NCBI GenBank assembly: GCA_963772365.1
Contig: CAVYXA010000002.1
Span: 32,763-96,762, forward strand
Direction of reading: 5' to 3'
From: an uncultured Verrucomicrobiae bacterium
GTDB taxonomy: Bacteria > Verrucomicrobiota > Verrucomicrobiia > Chthoniobacterales > UBA10450
DNA: 64,000 nucleotides
The translations under genes and the position numbers were made by a program. The notes below the pieces were generated by a model. It did not search any database, was not told the origin of the DNA, and was given only the letters and a program-made list of their open reading frames with translations. Every line of letters begins with the position of its first letter. Within the stretch, counting starts at the first letter, position 1. Shown in pieces: positions 60,934-64,000 of the stretch.

Positions 60934-61681
60934 TCACTTCCCGCTGGTCGCCACGACTGACTCTTGCCGATACAAATCACGATTGCTGCCCTGAAACTCC
61001 GCTTTCAGTTTTACCCGGAACCGGGCGAGATCGACGAGGTCCCATCGAGTAAATTTCCACATCGCGTTCGGAGAACGCGATCCACCTTCCCACGGCTCAT
61101 GTTCGAAACCAACAACCAGATGCACCGCATCGTCGCGCACTTTGTTGGTCGCCTTTTTCGGTTCGAAATAAAATGTCCGGAAACTACTGCTCGCGGCTCC
61201 CGGCCGCATACAATTTCGGATCGAGATAAAAAATGCGTTTCGATTCAAGATCGACAATCCGCAGGTCCGGATAACCCGAGCGCTGCACTTTTCCCTCGGC
61301 CGTTCGCGGAAAATCGCAATCCAATCCCGGCGTCGCGTTCAGCAGCTCGCGCAAAGTATCTTCAAAATGACTGCCCACCTCATTGATTCGGCCAACTTTT
61401 TGGATGGAACTATCTGCCGCGTTCAAGCGCTTCATCGTCCCATCGCAGGCGGCGCCGACCGCACGAATCACGCGCTGATCGACCGCGTTTGTCTTATCGA
61501 CCCGTAGCACGCGTTTTCCGGTTGCATCGAAAATCACTTCGCTGAAAGCGATTCCCCGGAGTTGTCGATCCTCATTCAGCAGCCACGGAATGAGTTGATC
61601 GACCGGTTCCTTCGCGTGTGTTGCCGCGGCAAGTGAGTTGACCAGCGCGATAAAACCAAAGAGGACCTCACGCCGCAGCAT
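60934..61681 (-). CDS. Hypothetical protein with signal-like N-terminus and PD-(D/E)xK-like motif (apparent frameshift near 61190)
   Basis: NEVGSHFE...SGYPDLRI...YLDPK, then SSFRTFYFEP in the next frame. Confidence 0.65.
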
Positions 61682-61741
61682 GACCGGATTGAAAATCGGT
61701 GTGCGCCCATTGGCAAGCTTGATTGGATCTGATAGGCGATT

Positions 61742-61825
61742 TGCCGGCGGAGGGGATCGAACCCACACGATCTTGCGATCACTGGATTTTGAGTCCAGCG
61801 CGTCTGCCAGTTCCGCCACGCCGGC
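61742..61825 (-). tRNA. tRNA-Leu(CAA)
   Basis: GCCGGCG acceptor stem, TGGCAGACGC D arm, CTCAAAA anticodon loop, long variable arm, GGTTCGATCCC; CCA not encoded. Confidence 0.95.
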
Positions 61826-61929
61826 TCTTAACTCAGAACAAACGACTTACAATTAATTACTCGCCGGGTTGAAAATCTCACGTTGACGGCATGTTGACTT
61901 TATCAGCCGATTATGCGACGATTTGCGGC

Positions 61930-63081
61930 ATGAAACGACCATCGCTCACAATCCGTCCTTATCGGCATAGTCAAACACATCGGTACTGTCTCGATCTTCG
62001 CGCATTCGGCAAGGGGCGCAAGTTTTTCAAGACGCGCGCGGAAGCTGATGCTGAGCGGTTGCGGCAACTCACGACCCTGGAACGCCACGGTCGCGATGCG
62101 CTGGATTTGCCTAACCATATCCTCTCTGAGTTCATCAAAGCGAGAAAAAAGCTGACGGATACGGGAATGAAATAAAAGACGCCGTGGAATTTTACGTTGA
62201 CCATTTGGAGCGCGTCCGCCGATGCGGGACAACTGTTGCGCAGTTGGCGGGTGAAGTCGTAACGGCGAAGGAACAGGATGGGCGCTCGCGCGATTACATC
62301 TGCGATTTGCGGTTGCGCCTAAACCGTTTCTGTCAGGATTTCGGCGATCAACCCATTGCGGCAATCGGTGTGAGAGAATTAGATAATTGGTTGCGCGCAT
62401 TGCCTGGTTCTCCGAAAAGCCGCGCGAACTATCGCGCCAATGTTGGTGTGCTGTTCAGCTACGCCACAGAGCGGGAGATTCTGGATAAGAATCCGGTCTT
62501 ACGCACTGCGAAGCCGAAGCTTCTCGATAAACCGCCGGAAATCTTCCGCGTCGATGAACTCGCAGCGCTGTTGGATGCCGCGAGTCGCGTGGAGCCTGAT
62601 GCGTTGCCGATGCTGGCCATTGGTGCATTTGCGGGGTTGCGCGAGGCGGAGATTCAACGCCTCGATTGGAGCGAAGTCGATCTCAGGCGCGGACACATCG
62701 AAGTGAAAGCAGCAAAGGCCAAAAGCGCCAAGCGCCGAATCGTTCCGATACAGCCGAATCTCACCGCATGGCTTCGCCCTTACGCTAGCAGGACCGGGCG
62801 CATGGTTCCGGCAGGCGCGCGCAGCAAGCTTGATCGTGTGCGCAAAAGCTGCCGGTCTCGCGCGCTGGCCGACGAATGGGTTGCGTCATTCGTTCGCGTC
62901 TTATCGACTCGCAGCAATCCACGATGCGCCCCGTGTCGCCTCCGAGCTTGGCCATACCAGCCCGCAGATGCTTTACACCACGTATCGCGAGATTGTGTTG
63001 CCCGACGAAGCGGAGCGGTATTGGAAGATTAGTCCGGCAACAGAAGCGAACGTTGTACGCCTCGATTTGGCGATTCGATGA
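61930..63081 (+). CDS. Tyrosine recombinase / phage integrase (apparent frameshifts near 62170 and 62848)
   Basis: AGLREAEI (R), LRHSFASY (HxxR-like), LGHTS, Y; N-terminal arm-binding-like region. Confidence 0.9.
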
Positions 63082-63596
63082 ACTGGTCAGCGTTCCATTT
63101 TTTTAGACAGCCGGGCGGCATCTCCAAGAACGACCAACTCGAAATGCTCGTTTGCTTGGACTACGAGCGAGCGTTAGAAAGCAAAAAGATAGCCGAATTT
63201 GTAGGACAATTACAAAATGCCGAACGCAAGGAGTTAGTCGCGGAAGCAGACCTCTTCCACTCAAAATTCGTGCGAACTGAGTGGGACATCCAGGAATTGA
63301 TTCCCGCTGCTTGTGTTGCAGCTTCATGGTTTCCGAAGCACTGGCTTGAGGGTTCACCAGTCGAACGGCGAAAGATCGTAAAGCAGTTGGCGACGGTTTA
63401 CGCGGAACGCACCTTGCCAATCTGGGATTTCCCGTTCCAAGACAAAGAGGAACTTGAACTGCTGCTGTCTCTACAAAGACCGCACGAAACTTTGCACGTC
63501 GTTGCAATCGATCTGACGCAAGCAAAATCGGCGCTAAAGCGCAAATTCGAGAGGTGGATTGCGCGCGGAACGACATCACGGGAACACGTTCTCTAA
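63078..63596 (+). CDS. Hypothetical protein of the integrated element (may extend further)
   Basis: ORF overlapping the integrase stop. Confidence 0.55.
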   Translation: MNWSAFHFFRQPGGISKNDQLEMLVCLDYERALESKKIAEFVGQLQNAERKELVAEADLFHSKFVRTEWDIQELIPAACVAASWFPKHWLEGSPVERRKIVKQLATVYAERTLPIWDFPFQDKEELELLLSLQRPHETLHVVAIDLTQAKSALKRKFERWIARGTTSREHVL

Positions 63597-63839
63597 AAGG
63601 CAAAATCAAGGTTCCCTCCATGCTCTACGATCTAGCTTGCTATCGCTTGGCAAAGGTGGAGGGGGGGAACGTGAGCTGCTGATGACCAAGGCTTCCGGCG
63701 AAATTCGTCGCAGATTTCACGCGGCAAGACTAGGGCCAAACGAGTTCTAAAGGCTTTGAAATACATCTGAGCATTTGCCGGAAAGAGTTTCTTTCTTCCC
63801 GGCAAGCGCAAACTCGGCTGTTCGCGCATCAGTGCGGTC

Positions 63840-64000
63840 ATGAACAGTAATTGCATTGAAAAACAACCATCTAACTCCCGTGAAATCCTAACAAAAAAAC
63901 AATGTTGCGAGCTGCTCGCTTGTTCGCCGCGTTATCTGGAGCGCGTCTTGGACGAACGGGCGGCTCCGCGCATTCAAGCCGACAGGCAAGCTGTGGCGTG
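63840..64000 (+). CDS. Excisionase-like HTH protein (truncated by the window end)
   Basis: EILTKKQCCELLACSPRYLE...LRAFK..GKLWR. Confidence 0.6.
   Translation, partial: MNSNCIEKQPSNSREILTKKQCCELLACSPRYLERVLDERAAPRIQADRQAVA

Noticed and set aside
61682..61819. N-terminal extension of ORF 61184-61819
   Set aside because: It reads through the tRNA-Leu gene; the true start is likely 61681

Overview
Bacterial chromosomal segment, most likely from a soil Verrucomicrobiota of the Chthoniobacterales / Ca. Udaeobacter type. This is inferred from gene style, a PEP-CTERM protein, a dockerin-like C-terminal domain, the dnaK-groES-groEL order and the repeat families; no database search was run. Many conserved genes (groEL, gatB, ftsY, nusB, ribH, egtD, Ku) carry single-base frameshifts, best explained as long-read assembly indels. 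The backbone holds housekeeping genes: egtB-egtD with a betaine-type ABC transporter, tatA, Ku, chaperones, rpsA, CBS/CGL, aroC, gatB, a CheB/CheR-PAS kinase-response regulator cluster, ftsY-nusB-ribH, ribBA and tRNA-Leu. Structure not explained by the ORF track: (1) a five-cassette integron array (12.3-15.9 kb) with attC sites and an attI-like end, with a 67-aa ORF where IntI should be; (2) an IS110/IS1111 remnant inserted in an attC, whose 3' non-coding end has guide-like matches to attC; (3) a 3.8-kb island bounded by a 20-bp duplication of the groEL 3' end, carrying two candidate defence pairs (membrane protein + trypsin-like protease; DUF5343-like + Swt1-like HEPN); (4) a 242-nt nested multi-stem candidate ncRNA between tatA and Ku; (5) many REP-like palindrome families, six copies of which sit in-frame inside five proteins; (6) a sigma-54-type promoter on the dnaK operon; (7) an integrase-bearing element beside the 5' end of tRNA-Leu.
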